In this document: positions 1 through 11,375 of the stretch, in pieces
Numbering within the stretch: the first letter of the stretch is position 1
How the letters are laid out: each line of letters opens with the position of its first letter
DNA from: Nemertoderma westbladi
Lineage: Eukaryota; Animalia; Xenacoelomorpha
DNA length: 41,571 nt
NCBI GenBank assembly: GCA_032718475.1
Contig: JAUCBJ010000810.1
Location: 1-41,571 of the forward strand
Direction of reading: 5' to 3'
Made by a program: the position numbers and the translations under genes
The notes under the pieces: generated by a model
What the model was told of the DNA's origin: nothing
The model's database searches: none
Seen by the model: only the letters and a program-made list of their open reading frames with translations

Positions 1-37
1 AAGAAATAGATAACGATTCAACCAGTATGTAGGATTG

Positions 38-1638
38 CTATAAGGTGCAGAAAGAGTCCCGACTCAAACAGACTACAGCGGCCAAGAATGCAGTTAAGGC
101 TGCATCTAGGTCCCTGAACAGGCAGTACTCTTGTTAATCTAGAGGAGCTAATAAACCACGGTTGATGCCATCAATGATGCTGATGACAGCGGGCAATCAT
201 CCCAGGCATGGAAATCGATCAACTTGCTTACTGGGCGGAAAAGCCAACCAACCACCAAGGTTAAGGCTGAATCACCAGTCGATCGCTTCAATGGTTGGAA
301 GGCCCACTTTGAAAAGCTCCTCAATAATGGCAGGGTATTGCCTGATAACTTTATAGAAGTAAAAGTGTCTGAGTCTGTACTCCCAGATATTTCCATGGCA
401 ATATCTCCTTTGCAGAAGTGAAGGCTGCTGCAAAGAGCATTAAGACCAATCGTACCAGTGGAGTAGATGGTGTTCCCCCTGAGGTCTTTAAAATACCTGA
501 CAGCCTGAGTGTTTAAAGTGTCTAACACTCTATGGTTCTCTTCCGGGAATTTCATTGATCTCGATTGCTGCAAAGCTATACAATAGAATTATATTAAATC
601 GCATCAGGGATCCCATTGAGAGACTGCTCCGTGGAAATCAGAATGGCTTCCGTAAAGGTCGTGGGACCATGGAGCCCATTTTGGCACACACTTGCACCAT
701 TCTTGTTCATAATAGTGGTTGGCTATGTTTGACGCATGTCCTTAGATCATCATAATGATGATGGGGTGATGATAACTCCACCTACTGGCTCCAGAAGTCG
801 AGGAAATCCTGCCAAGTACCTAACTGACGCCTAACTTTGCTGATAACTTAGGAGTACTCTCAGAATCACTAGAGGGAGCCCAACGGCTCCTCAGCTCATT
901 AGAACAGGCTGCTTCTAGTGTTGTTCTTTTTATTAACTACAGAAAGACCAAACTTTTGACAGTTAACTTTGAAAGTCCTCAGCAAGTCCCTGACCGGATG
1001 AGCATTAGCTCAAAGGATGGTATGCTTGGGCATGTGGACGACTTCTGTTACCTGGGATCATGGATCCGGAAATCAGATGAGGACCTTCGAATACGTAAGG
1101 GAAAGGCATGGGCAGACTTGAATAGGCTTTCCAGGATTTGGAAGTCACTGAGAATTAATCGAAAACTTAAGGTCCGATTATTTAGAGCAGCAGTAGTTCC
1201 AGTACTCCCCTATGGGAGTACATGCTGGGTTCTAACTGCTGAGGACACCAAATCTCTGGATGGCACATTCACAAGAATACTACGAGGGGTTAATTGTGTC
1301 AAGTACACATTGGTTCCCCCAAGCTTGACACTGGAACAAAATCAACTCCGCTTTGCAGGACATTGCTTTCGCCGAGAGGACCAGCCAGTCAGCCAGTGCA
1401 TAATCTTGTACTTTGACAGCCTCATGGCTGCATGGAGTGAATAAGCATGGTGGTCAGCCTATGACTTTCTTGAGACGCATATTAAAGGACACTGGCCTTG
1501 AACATGCGGATGCTCTAGCAAATGTCATGGGTGATAGGGAGTTGTGGCGGCACAATTTTGTCGACAAGGCAGCACATCATTCTTAAAAATACAGCTGCAA
1601 TGCAGCATGCTGATCCTTTATTATTATTATTATTATTA
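38..1638 (+). mobile_element. 5'-truncated, degenerate RTE-clade non-LTR retrotransposon (RT to 3' end)
   Basis: RT fragments: KLYNRIILNRI...NQNGFRKGR (555-690), degenerate FADN near 836-847, FCYLGS, LKVRLFRAAVVPVLPYGS, QLRFAGHCFR (956-1444). Ends in a (TTA)7 tail at 1618-1638. Positions ~45-469 are ~95% identical to 31247-31679. Several stops and frameshifts, and part of the RT core is deleted. Confidence 0.88.
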
Positions 1639-1951
1639 GCACCTCTATACATAATTAAATAATTTTAATAAGAAACCAGTATATAGAGGGAGAACATCAC
1701 CCAGGTACAAAGTACACTAATGGGTGAAATAAAATATTACAATATAAATTCCACTCCTTTAAGTGAAATCAAATTATACGTAATGTACTATACGGAAAAA
1801 AATACATACTGATACAATTGGTGCATTAAAATTAATATATATATATATATAAATAATAAAAAATTATGTTTTATATTAGTCTAAAAATCTGTTAAAATGA
1901 CTGTATGGAAGTAGCTCCGAGTAGTGTGGAACAATTCAACCGGTGTGGAGA

Positions 1952-2381
1952 CACTGCGTTGTACCGGTACTAGACTAAACATTGAATGATACCGACTGAA
2001 CTCTAAAACTGCAAGCTTGACGATGAGTATGGTGTGGCATTCAAGGTGATAAATGCTCCGTTAGATGGAAACCACATCGAGTCTAAACGACAAAACGAAG
2101 TTCAAAGTTTGGACTTCGACGTCTCCATTCGAAGTTTATTGGACATCCGCCTTCCAATAATCCTGGTTTATTTGGACTCGGCAACTTTGTTCTCGGGTTT
2201 ACTTTTACCCCATGTGCCATCTGCCATGTTTATGTTCAACCGAGAATTTGTCATCATGAAGCCGTCAGTTTAGTCGGAATCATTCATCTGTTCATATGAG
2301 TAGTCTACACTAGCTGTCTAGTACAGTACAGTCTGACAGTGTACAGTACTGCAGTAAGAACGGTACCGGTACAACGCAGTG
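1952..2381. mobile_element. Non-autonomous CACTG-ended (EnSpm/CMC-like) mini-element
   Basis: Perfect 19-bp TIR CACTGCGTTGTACCGGTAC (1952-1970) / GTACCGGTACAACGCAGTG (2363-2381), flanked by GA on both sides (1950-1951, 2382-2383). Confidence 0.7.
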
Positions 2382-2469
2382 GATTCTGCTGAATTAGGCC
2401 TACCTGATTACTGGCTAAATTGTTATCAATTCTGTAATTTAAAACTCCAGCTCGGATTTGCATGGCAAC

Positions 2470-2562
2470 TAGGGCTTGATCGGAGTTCCGGCTCCGGCTC
2501 CGGCTAGTTTCTTACATCCGGCTCCGAACTGGAGCCAGTTAGAAAAATCACCAGAGCCGGAG
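2470..2562 (+). mobile_element. Possible left end of a hAT-type MITE
   Basis: Starts TAGGG, followed by tandem GGCTCC/GGAGCC subterminal-like motifs. No matching right end or TSD found. Confidence 0.3.
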
Positions 2563-3071
2563 TTTTTTTTAATAATGTATATTTTATATTAATGCACATA
2601 ATACTGTAATATATAGGCAGATAGGCTAGTATAGGCATATGGCAGGGGCAGCAGTATATTCCAGTGTACAGTAGTACAGTACTCCAATAGCCTACTCCAG
2701 CTGTCCAGTACCGGTCTGCCGGTAGTACTGCGGTACTGTCTGACTATATACTACTTTGATACTACTATTATTAGTATTACAGTATTACTATACTATACTA
2801 CAGTAGACTGGTAGACTGGTATAGCAGTGTAATACTAAATAACTTAGATTTACTGGCAGCGTAGCGGTAGTTAATTTTAATTACCGGTATGACGTTTAAT
2901 TTTGAATTTTTGGTGAAAAAAATATAGCAAAACATAGGCCTACTGCTGTAGGCCTACTGACATAGTTCAGTAGTTTTCTGCCTCATTCAGTCATTCTAGA
3001 TAAATCTACATGCTACATATGTGTTTCTAGCGTATGTTTCCGACCTTATAACAAGGCGTTTCTAGGCTAGT

Positions 3072-3124
3072 AAAATGCTGGAAAGGAAACAGCTAGAATC
3101 TAGCTGTTTCCTTTCCAGCATTTT
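3072..3124. repeat. Perfect 53-bp palindrome (26-bp arms, 1-nt centre)
   Basis: AAAATGCTGGAAAGGAAACAGCTAGA-A-TCTAGCTGTTTCCTTTCCAGCATTTT; identical copy at 33927-33979. Confidence 0.95.
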
Positions 3125-4005
3125 CCAGGTTTTTCCGCTCTTTATTACATAGGGCCCTATATTACATACCGGTACCGTACAGCCGTAAGCAAATGAGAAT
3201 TTGGAGGCGATATAGCAGTATAGGCCTATTCTGTATTCTTTCTGGGGGACTACTGGTCTCTGACTCTCTGGTCATAATGCTGTAATGCTGTACTGCAGTA
3301 ACTGACTGACAGAATAGGCCTAATGCAGTAATGCTCTACCATTGCTTACCGGTACCGGTCGCCTTAACAATGCTTAGCATGGGGATAAAAAAAACTGTCT
3401 GCCTGTGCAACTATCGGCGGCAGTTTAACAGTTTCTGAGTTTGGACTTTATTCACGTTTTCATCTGTTCATGAAACGCAAAGTACAACCAGGTAACTATA
3501 AATGCACCCTACTTTCAGACTTTAGAATAATCAGAACTGCAGAAGGCGATGTTTGCTGTTTATACAGTATGCAGTACAGCAGTAATAGCTGTTGTCTGAC
3601 AGCAGACAGGTCTGCAGGTTGTTCGTTGATGTACCATGCAGCCATGGCTGCATGGAGATCAGAGATTGCCATTACATCCTGATTGACGACCGTGCATCAC
3701 ATTACTGCAAGTTCTGAAGTTGACACATAAATTACATCTATACATTAATATATATGGGATGGGACTACACCGGGAGGGCTCAACAGACTGACAGAAGCTT
3801 CGGCTTCGGTTCGGTTCGGGCCGAAGTTTGGCAATTTCGGTTTGGTTCGGCTTCTGCAATTGATACTACAGAAGCCCGGAGCAAACTTTGCTAAATATTC
3901 CAAGTATTACATTGACTGATTGAGCTAAGACCAGAAGACAGTAAGACTAATCAATCTGTCCATCCACCATCGTTGTACTAATTAATTTTGGAGTGTAAAC
4001 GTTAA

Positions 4006-4635
4006 GCAGACACTGGTGCAGAGCAGACAGTGGTGCAGACAGTGATGCAGACAGTGGTGCAGACACCTGGCTGCCTGGTGCAGACAGTGGTGCAGACACA
4101 GACACCTGGCTGCCTGGTGCAGACAGTGGTGCACGCACTGGTGCAGACAGTGGTGCAGACATTGGTGCAGACATTGGTGCAGACAGTGGTGCAGACAGTG
4201 GTGCAAACACTGGTGCAGACAGTGGTGCAGACACTGGTGCAGACAGTGGTGCAGACAGTGGTGTAAACACTGGTGCAGACAGTGCTGCAGACAGTGGTGC
4301 AGATTGTGGTGCAGAGTGGTGCAGGTAGTGGTGCAGGCAGTGGTGCAGACACTGGTGCAGACAGTGGTGCAGACAGTGGTGCAGACAGTGGCGCAGACAG
4401 TGGTGCAGACACTGGTGCAGATACAGTGGTGTAGACACTGGTGCAGACAGTGGAGCAGACAGTGGTGCAGACACCTGGTGCAGACAGTGGTGCAGACACT
4501 GGTGCAGACAGTGGTGCAGACACTGGTGCAGACAGTGGTGCAGACACTGGTGCAGACAGTGGTGCAGACAGTGGTGCAGACACTGGTGCAGACTGTGGTG
4601 CAGACAGTGGTACAGACACTGGCAGACTGGTGCAG
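4006..4635. repeat. 12-bp minisatellite (GGTGCAGACA[G/C]T)n, about 50 units
   Basis: Directly visible; the source of the APLS/VQTV/HHCL repeat ORFs. Confidence 0.97.
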
Positions 4636-5591
4636 TAATGGGTTGCTTGGTTGCTTAATTATTATTAGTTTATTATCTTATTTTATTCCTCGACAGTAAT
4701 TCCCCTTTGTTTAAGAGCGGCGACATCGGCTTCCGAGATCAACTCCTTAGCTACTGCGGAAATTTGTAACTTCCTAGCTTTCCCTTCTTGGAAGCAACGA
4801 TCAATGCATAGGTCATTGAAATGGGTAAACATATATAATATAACCAGGTTTAACGTTTTCACGACCATTCAGCAAAAAACGCAATTGCCCACCAGAACAT
4901 GCAGACAGGCCAAACTGGACAAAAGCTGCTATACTGTCACACGTCAATGTATACCAGCAGACAGTCTGGTAGCGTTGTAGCAGTGCTGAGGTCAGGAGTA
5001 GGCCCTAAGCTCCTGACTGCTTGATTGTTAACTGCTTTACAGGGGTTCCAGACTGCCAGACTATCCATTAAGAACTTAACTAGTAACTCTGTCCGCCGCC
5101 TCATTTATTTAAATTTCCCACTTATTTGCATATCTGCCAGTCTGCTATTCTATTGGCTACCAACGCTTACCTTCTTATAAATTTCAGATACGCAAAACAT
5201 AATTATTTTCACCTACGCGGAGGCTCCGCGGAGGCTCCGCGTAGCCTCCGCGTAGCCTCCGCATACGCGTTAAAGCAAGACCCCTACACATTCTGGGGTA
5301 AAAAATTATGTAGAATCTATTTCTGGTATTACAGTAGGCCTATTAGTCTTTCAATTACCTATTGCTTTCAAGTATGGGTCCTACGAATTACCCAAAAAAA
5401 CACAATATCGCCCAAAAAAAGACAAAAATACACAAAAGAAAGTCAAAAAAACACAAAAAATTACACCAAAAAACACAAAATAAAAAAATACAATATTATC
5501 CTAAAAAAAAACTACCGAAAAAGAACAAAAAATTTTTTTTCATAAACATTGTAAATACTATAAGATTTAGGTTAACTGTCAGTTGGGCACT

Positions 5592-5874
5592 TTGTCAATA
5601 TTGACATGTGTCAATATTAACATGTAGAGCTAATTTCTCCAGGATGGGGCATGTTAAAATTGACATGGATATGGACATGTCAATATTTAAATTTTTTTTA
5701 CCTGACGTGTTCAAATATTTTCAGACGTGTTTTTTAAATATAAAAATCGAAATTATAAGTAAATTAGAAACTTTTGACCATACGGAAATTTTTTTCACCA
5801 TGCCGTTTAGTTAATATAAATACTTACAAAGTTTTCATCATGTTAAAATTGACATACATGTCAAAATTGACATG
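5592..5874. repeat. Cluster of inverted CATGTCAA[T/A]ATT[G/A]ACATG motifs, probably a DNA-transposon subterminal region
   Basis: TGTCAATATTGACA palindrome plus repeated CATGTTAAAATTGACAT / ATGTCAATATT motifs in both orientations; also present in copy 2 (~37306-37570). Confidence 0.5.
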
Positions 5875-7861
5875 TAATGATATAAGAACATAAGTGTGGG
5901 GATGGACCACGCCACCCCATAGACTATACAGCTACAGTATAACTATAATTTATACCTGACAAAGCTACATACTGACAGATTACTGGATTATGCCTGTATG
6001 CATAGAAGCTGTATGCGGTGAATAATTATACATATGATGGGCTGATGGGTATTAAAAGTAATCCAGATATCCCAAATTCTTGGAAAAACACACACTGACC
6101 CTAATATATTTATGTAACTTCAAAAAAAAATTAGGACTGAATATGAAGTAAAATATATTCAATAAATCATATTGAAAATCCATTCAAATATTTTTGCAAT
6201 TATCTACACCTCATGGGGACAAGGAAAAAATAAAATAACCAATTACTGACAGAAAAACTAATGGAGTTACAGTGTCAGACATTTGGAGATTTCAAATATA
6301 GAGTATAAATAATGTTCTACTATGCGGTTGTAATAGACCAAGTCAAAAATGACGTCCGTTACGGAAAAAGGTAAAAATTTTAAATTACAGGAGGAAGGGG
6401 TGTTGTATTAAACTCATCACTTTCAGTGTAAAGCAGATTTATTGTCTAGTAACTTGAGATAAAAAAACTAACATCAATGCAGCATGTCTTTGTTGTGTAT
6501 TTATCGTAAAGGTCGTAATTTGTGTTGAATTATGTTTAAGCGAGGAAATTAATTACAATGACAATTACCTGTCCTGGTGTTTTTAGGCATTATTGAGGAC
6601 TGTTCAATATAAATTAAGTGAATCATAACAGAAATAACAATAATTAATGGCAAGAATTTGGGACAAGAATTGTAAGTATTGCAATAATTTTAGTTTCCCG
6701 AGACAGGTTGATTTTCGTTTAAGTTTTCTGTGATTTAAACCCTTAACATTGTATCCTCTCTTTTTTGTACTCACGTTGGACCTGCTTTCCACCATATAAA
6801 TGTTACCAATAGCGCAATAGCAATAAATTTAATATAGGGTCAGTCAATATCAAAACGACCAATGTTAAAAACCACTATGTCTTGGATCAGTCTAATTTTT
6901 GGAGAGATTGATGATGGGTTTAAGATATGAAGAACAAAAGAACATTTCTCAGAAATATTGAGTAGAAGTCAAGATATGACTATTTGAAAAATTCAAGTTT
7001 TCGCATGACCGCACACATCCGAAAATGTCCGAAAAAATACGAAAATGTCATCAAAAATTTGAATTTTTAATGTTTTCTTGTGATATATTTTAAATTTCAT
7101 TTTGTCCGTGACTGAAAAATTAAGGGTTTTCAGTGACATAAAAACATGTGTGGCACTGTCACTTAGGTGATGAAACTTTGTATGCTAAACCACAACACTA
7201 TTGTATTCGAAATTCTAAAACAAAATCTATGGGTATTTGACAACTTCATTATAATATTAGTGTTCAAATATTTGTCTAAATTTGTCTAAATTGTCTAAAT
7301 TTGTCTAATATTTTGTCGGGCGGTTAAATATGAAATGGTGATATCAACTGTAATAAGAAAAAAATAAAATATGAGCTGTATTAATCTGTGCTAGCAATTA
7401 CAGTTGGGTCAAATTAATAAATAAGAAAAAAATAGGCCCTATCTATACGTATTATATAAGAAAATATGAAAAATTAATTAAATCAATAAAATTAATAATT
7501 GTATTAATAACAATTTTCAATTAATATATTTAAGTAATATTCCGTGTAAACACCTTCATCCTCGTATTTTTCATAAAACTTTACTAGAACAAGCTTTCTT
7601 AGGCAGGTGATACTCAATGCGTCTTCCTATTGGATACAAAGTTCCTCATCTGATCTTGCTCTTGTCTCTTAATTTTGCTTTCTGTAATTTTTGAGCAGCT
7701 ACTGCACACTCATAATTTTTCTAAATTTATAAACCAGCTATATTTAACCAAAACAGTTCTTTTAAGAGCTAACATTCTGCATTGCAATACCAATATTTTA
7801 CTTAAAATTATATATTTCTCCTACCTTTGTAAACAACTATTACTCAATCGTATTGGTCAAC

Positions 7862-8330
7862 ATGAACTATTGCTCAATTGGTGTAATAAGTAATACGGAA
7901 GAAGCCTGTCATAAATTATCATACACGAGACATAAAGGTTTAAAATTAATTAAAGAACTATCCACAGAGTCCCTAGCAATTCTATTGGGCCGTTCTGATG
8001 TATTAATTAAGCCAGAGGATATCAAGGATGAGACAGTCTGTTTTCATCATGAGAAATACTTCCTGGATAAGTTATCTTCCTTTCAAAAAAACTGTTGTGA
8101 TCCATTTCAAACTCATAAACAGCTCGTTAAGAAAGACCTGCGAGAAATTGATCTAGACCTTTCTGTGTACCTTAATTCTGCATTTCCTCAACGAAATTTT
8201 AAACCTGGCGAAAAGTTATGTACAAACTGCAGGAAAGGAGTCAATGACAAGCAGAAAACGGATATTATTTGTGAGGATAGTCGCAGCTCACTCTCATCTG
8301 CTGATTCTGAAACGGAAGCTCGAGACAATC
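7862..8330 (+). pseudogene. N-terminal Cys/His-rich region of a DNA transposase (Sola2-like), interrupted by the BEL element
   Basis: MNYCSIG...VCFHHEK...CCDPFQTHK...LREI...KPGEKLCTNC. Removing the LTR element and one TSD continues the frame at 28652-28731 as LNLTVTNLGISPIK. A possible element end (AGGGTCAGTCAATATCAAAACGACC) lies near 6837. No DDD core is present; the family call is from remembered motifs. Confidence 0.5.
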
Positions 8331-9499
8331 TGTTCGCGCTTTCAGACCTTTACCAGTTTAACCTGCCAAATTGGGATGTCTTTTAGATGATAGATCGTCT
8401 TTAACCTATGACAAGTATTTGATACACTACATTAGCCGAAGCCAGTCTATGCGCGATCATTCACCCGTTGGATATACCCGGGAGACTGGATTCGGAAGCC
8501 TAACCGTATTGCGGGGGAGGCCTACTGTATTATTCGACTGATCGTAATATATAATCTCTGACAAATATTATTCACTTTCGGGAAATATTAACAGTTCCTT
8601 TAGGACGTGGCGCTCTAAATATGTAAATAGAGTTATGACTTAAACTAAACTCAACGGGATGGCTATAGATTCACGTATATGGCGCATTATTTAGGAGATG
8701 CTTTGTTATCAGTCACAATCATACACAATACTGCACAATGCTGCACACTAATCTGCCGACCTTCACTAATTTTAGTCACATATAAAGAGAACAACAGACA
8801 ATACATATAGGGCCTATGAAATAACATTAGATTCACTTCAAACCACTTAATGTAAGTCGCAATCGTTATATGTAACCGGTCTCTCTAACCTTTAGTATAT
8901 CAAGAAGATTGGGGTGTCTGATTATTTATCAGTATTCCAAATATAATATTCCATCAACAAATATAATGAATAACCGACAGTAAATAGCAGTAAAAATGCG
9001 GTGTTTGTAGTTGACAATATGATTAGTTTGTATGTTATGGTTCGTGAGTGAGATAACAGATATACGTTCTATAATTAAGCCTACTAATGTTGGGCTAAAG
9101 ACTGAAACACGGAGGTTCCAAAGCCGGTGTTCTTAGGCTGTGGACAAATCACATACTGACTCAACTCCACGAGTTTCTATATACAATCTCTAACGCAGAG
9201 GCAAAAAACGCTCTGATTGGTCGACCGAACAAAGAAGGAACAGAGAACAAAGAAAAAGCTCCACGTGTACAGCATCAGCTGTTAGCCGTCGTCATGGTAG
9301 CTACACTGTTTCAAGAGGATCCGGCGTATTGCGTCATAGAATTGCTAATTATGTCCGCTAAAGTACACATACAGAAGAAATGGCTTTTATGTCCTCTAAA
9401 ACACCAGTACAGTAAGGACACAGCCTTTTATGCCTGTTAAACCAACTACAGAGTACTTTACGGGGAAAATAACCGGCTAATTCCGCAAAAGCCTTAACA
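8331..9499 (-). repeat. 3' LTR (1169 bp)
   Basis: Direct repeat of 27476-28646; about 12 substitutions and 2 single-base indels by eye. Confidence 0.97.
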
Positions 9500-9508
9500 C
9501 CGCTCCCA
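9500..9508 (-). other. Polypurine tract
   Basis: Minus strand reads TTTTCTGGGAGCGG directly before the TGT of the 3' LTR. Confidence 0.65.
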
Positions 9509-9525
9509 GAAAATGGGATTTAAGT

Positions 9526-11100
9526 CTATAAAATATAACAAATCACAGTTTCTAAAATATAAAAATACTCTAAACAGTTAGTCTTTCTTACGCGGACGGC
9601 GTTTACGCAGTTTTTTGAGGCTAGCAAGAGTCCTTTTCTCTTTGGGGGGAGCCACTTTACTAGGAGGGCTATAAATCCTGGGTGAAGGGTGCAATATGAT
9701 TGCATCAGAAGGTGTAGGATTATGGTCGGGGTATCCGCCGTTTCGATATGCTTCTCCTCGAGCTGATTTTCCTCCGCTCGTAGCTGGATACGTTCATCCA
9801 AAAACTCTCGCAGAGAATAGGGTCGTCCAAGTTCGATAACTTCTTAGAGATTTTGGATTTCCCGATCGAACTGAGATAAAGTTACTTTGTTTACCGCTTG
9901 GACTTGCTAGTGCAATTTATGTTTATCTGAACAAGCGTAAGTTCCTTTTCTGATCTTTGTAGAATAGCGTCTAACTCATTTGGTACAACGCTCTCCGCCA
10001 CTTTGGTGACAGGTTATATTGTGTTAAGCCGGGACGATGGTAAGGGTTAAACGGCGATATTAAATGTCCGCGTCCCAATCCGGCTAGGTAGGATGGGCTA
10101 ATATCTAGGAAGCCCACAACCGGGGTGCCACCGACTAATTGTTCAGGTAACACTAGATCTTTGAACAGTGCGTACAGCTCGGGAGGATCCGTCATACTAA
10201 TAGGATCAAGAGTCTGAGGTCTCACTAGGGAATGAGGAGGTCTGATCGAGTATTCCGAAACTCTGATCATTGGTTTATTTAAGGATCGTCTGAGTCGAAC
10301 GAGCGTAGGTGATACGTCAAACAAATTTCGCTCGAAACTCCCGCCAGTATAGCGAGTAAAACCGTGTTTAGTGCAACGTCTCCGCGGATGTTTAGGTCTT
10401 TCCGTTTGTTGGTTGGGTCTAGGGCATTCATCGCAATAATACCAAAGACGCACGTCTTGTAGGGGAAACGCGAGTGATCTTTCTCCAGCTTACAATATTC
10501 CTCCATCCGTTCGAAGCTATCCTGTACAACAGGTAGCGGTCGATCGGTGGTAAGATACATCATAGTGGAATAGAGCCGTTCGAGTTCTACCATGCGGTCA
10601 TGATGTATACCTTGAGGATATCGAGTTTCTAGATTCTGTTGACTGGTAATATAGAGATAGGTTTCTCTCAAGAATTCCAGGTATTTGGTGAAGTCGCTGC
10701 GTTTATCCGGCTCTTCAACATCTGCACTTTTGAGTCGGTTTCGAATAGAATTTTCGTGTTCGAGTCTCAGTTTATCGTTCCGCTTCCGCTGGGTATGATA
10801 TTTAAATAAAACCATTTCCCTTTTGGTGTCTATATCGTTCGTATCGTGTAGGTCGATAGGATGACCAGTAGTTAAGAAGTCCATATACGTACCATTACGA
10901 TGCGTATAGCGAGCGGTGAATTTTCTACAGTCCAACCCACGCGCAAGTTGCTCCCGGGACATTGGCGGTTAGATATAACGACCATCGTCCTCCATAGTAG
11001 TTGGACCAGCGTCGCCGCGTATCAAGCTATCAACAAACGCTTGTAAAGGTAGAGTATATCGCTCCCTGATACCAAGATCATCTTCTATCAACTCAATCAT
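9526..11100 (-). pseudogene. Decayed accessory ORF of unknown function in the env position
   Basis: ATG at 11100 is in frame with the 227-aa ORF across one stop. It then shifts into the 160-aa ORF (CDEC...CTKH) and on into helical, charged segments (NELDAILQRSEKEL; QFDREIQNL*EVIELGRPYSLREFLDERIQLRAEENQLEE). Confidence 0.6.
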
Positions 11101-11375
11101 ATCTGCTATATAAGTTTATCCATATTATAATGAGTTTATATTTAGGCGAGCGGGCGTCGCTGCCTACCCCTCTCTGCCCCCGGACAGTGCGAGATCCTCA
11201 GCGCTGGTGTACTTTCGCCGATGTGCCTATCGCCAACGTCGTAGCTGCACAACAACTACAACAACCAGCACGAGTCACTCCACCGTCCGTCCCAAAGGCT
11301 TAGATATACTTCAGGTTCTTACTGGAGAGTTAGGGCTACTTTCACAATTGCGACTCGCTACTGTAAACACACCTT

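Larger units (their letters stand above)
3008..6448 (+). repeat. Copy 1 of a ~3.4-kb dispersed duplication
   Basis: Colinear and mostly ~98% identical to 33855-40057 once two insertions in copy 2 are removed. The last ~100 bp are more diverged. Confidence 0.95.

Noticed and set aside
1792-1815. ACGGAAAAAAATACATACTGATAC resembles the 5' half of the Hydra SL-B spliced leader as I remember it
   Set aside because: Similarity stops after ~24 nt, there is no AG/GT donor or Sm site downstream, the sequence is A-rich, and the comparison rests on memory.
3947-4699. Repeat-protein ORFs across the minisatellite (also 35681-36431)
   Set aside because: Open in many frames only because of the unit sequence; frames are not preserved between paralogs.
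4683-4868. Possible host exon ...HFNDLCIDRCFQEGKARKLQIS... on the minus strand (paralog 36415-36675)
   Set aside because: No recognisable domain, and a 4-bp indel changes the upstream frame between copies. A short terminal exon cannot be fully excluded.
5126-5604. Lys-rich ORFs (also 37075-37284)
   Set aside because: Artefacts of A-rich low-complexity sequence.
11190-11222. Hammerhead-like words CGAAA and CTGAGGA on the minus strand
   Set aside because: Only 11 nt separate them, too few to form stems I and III.
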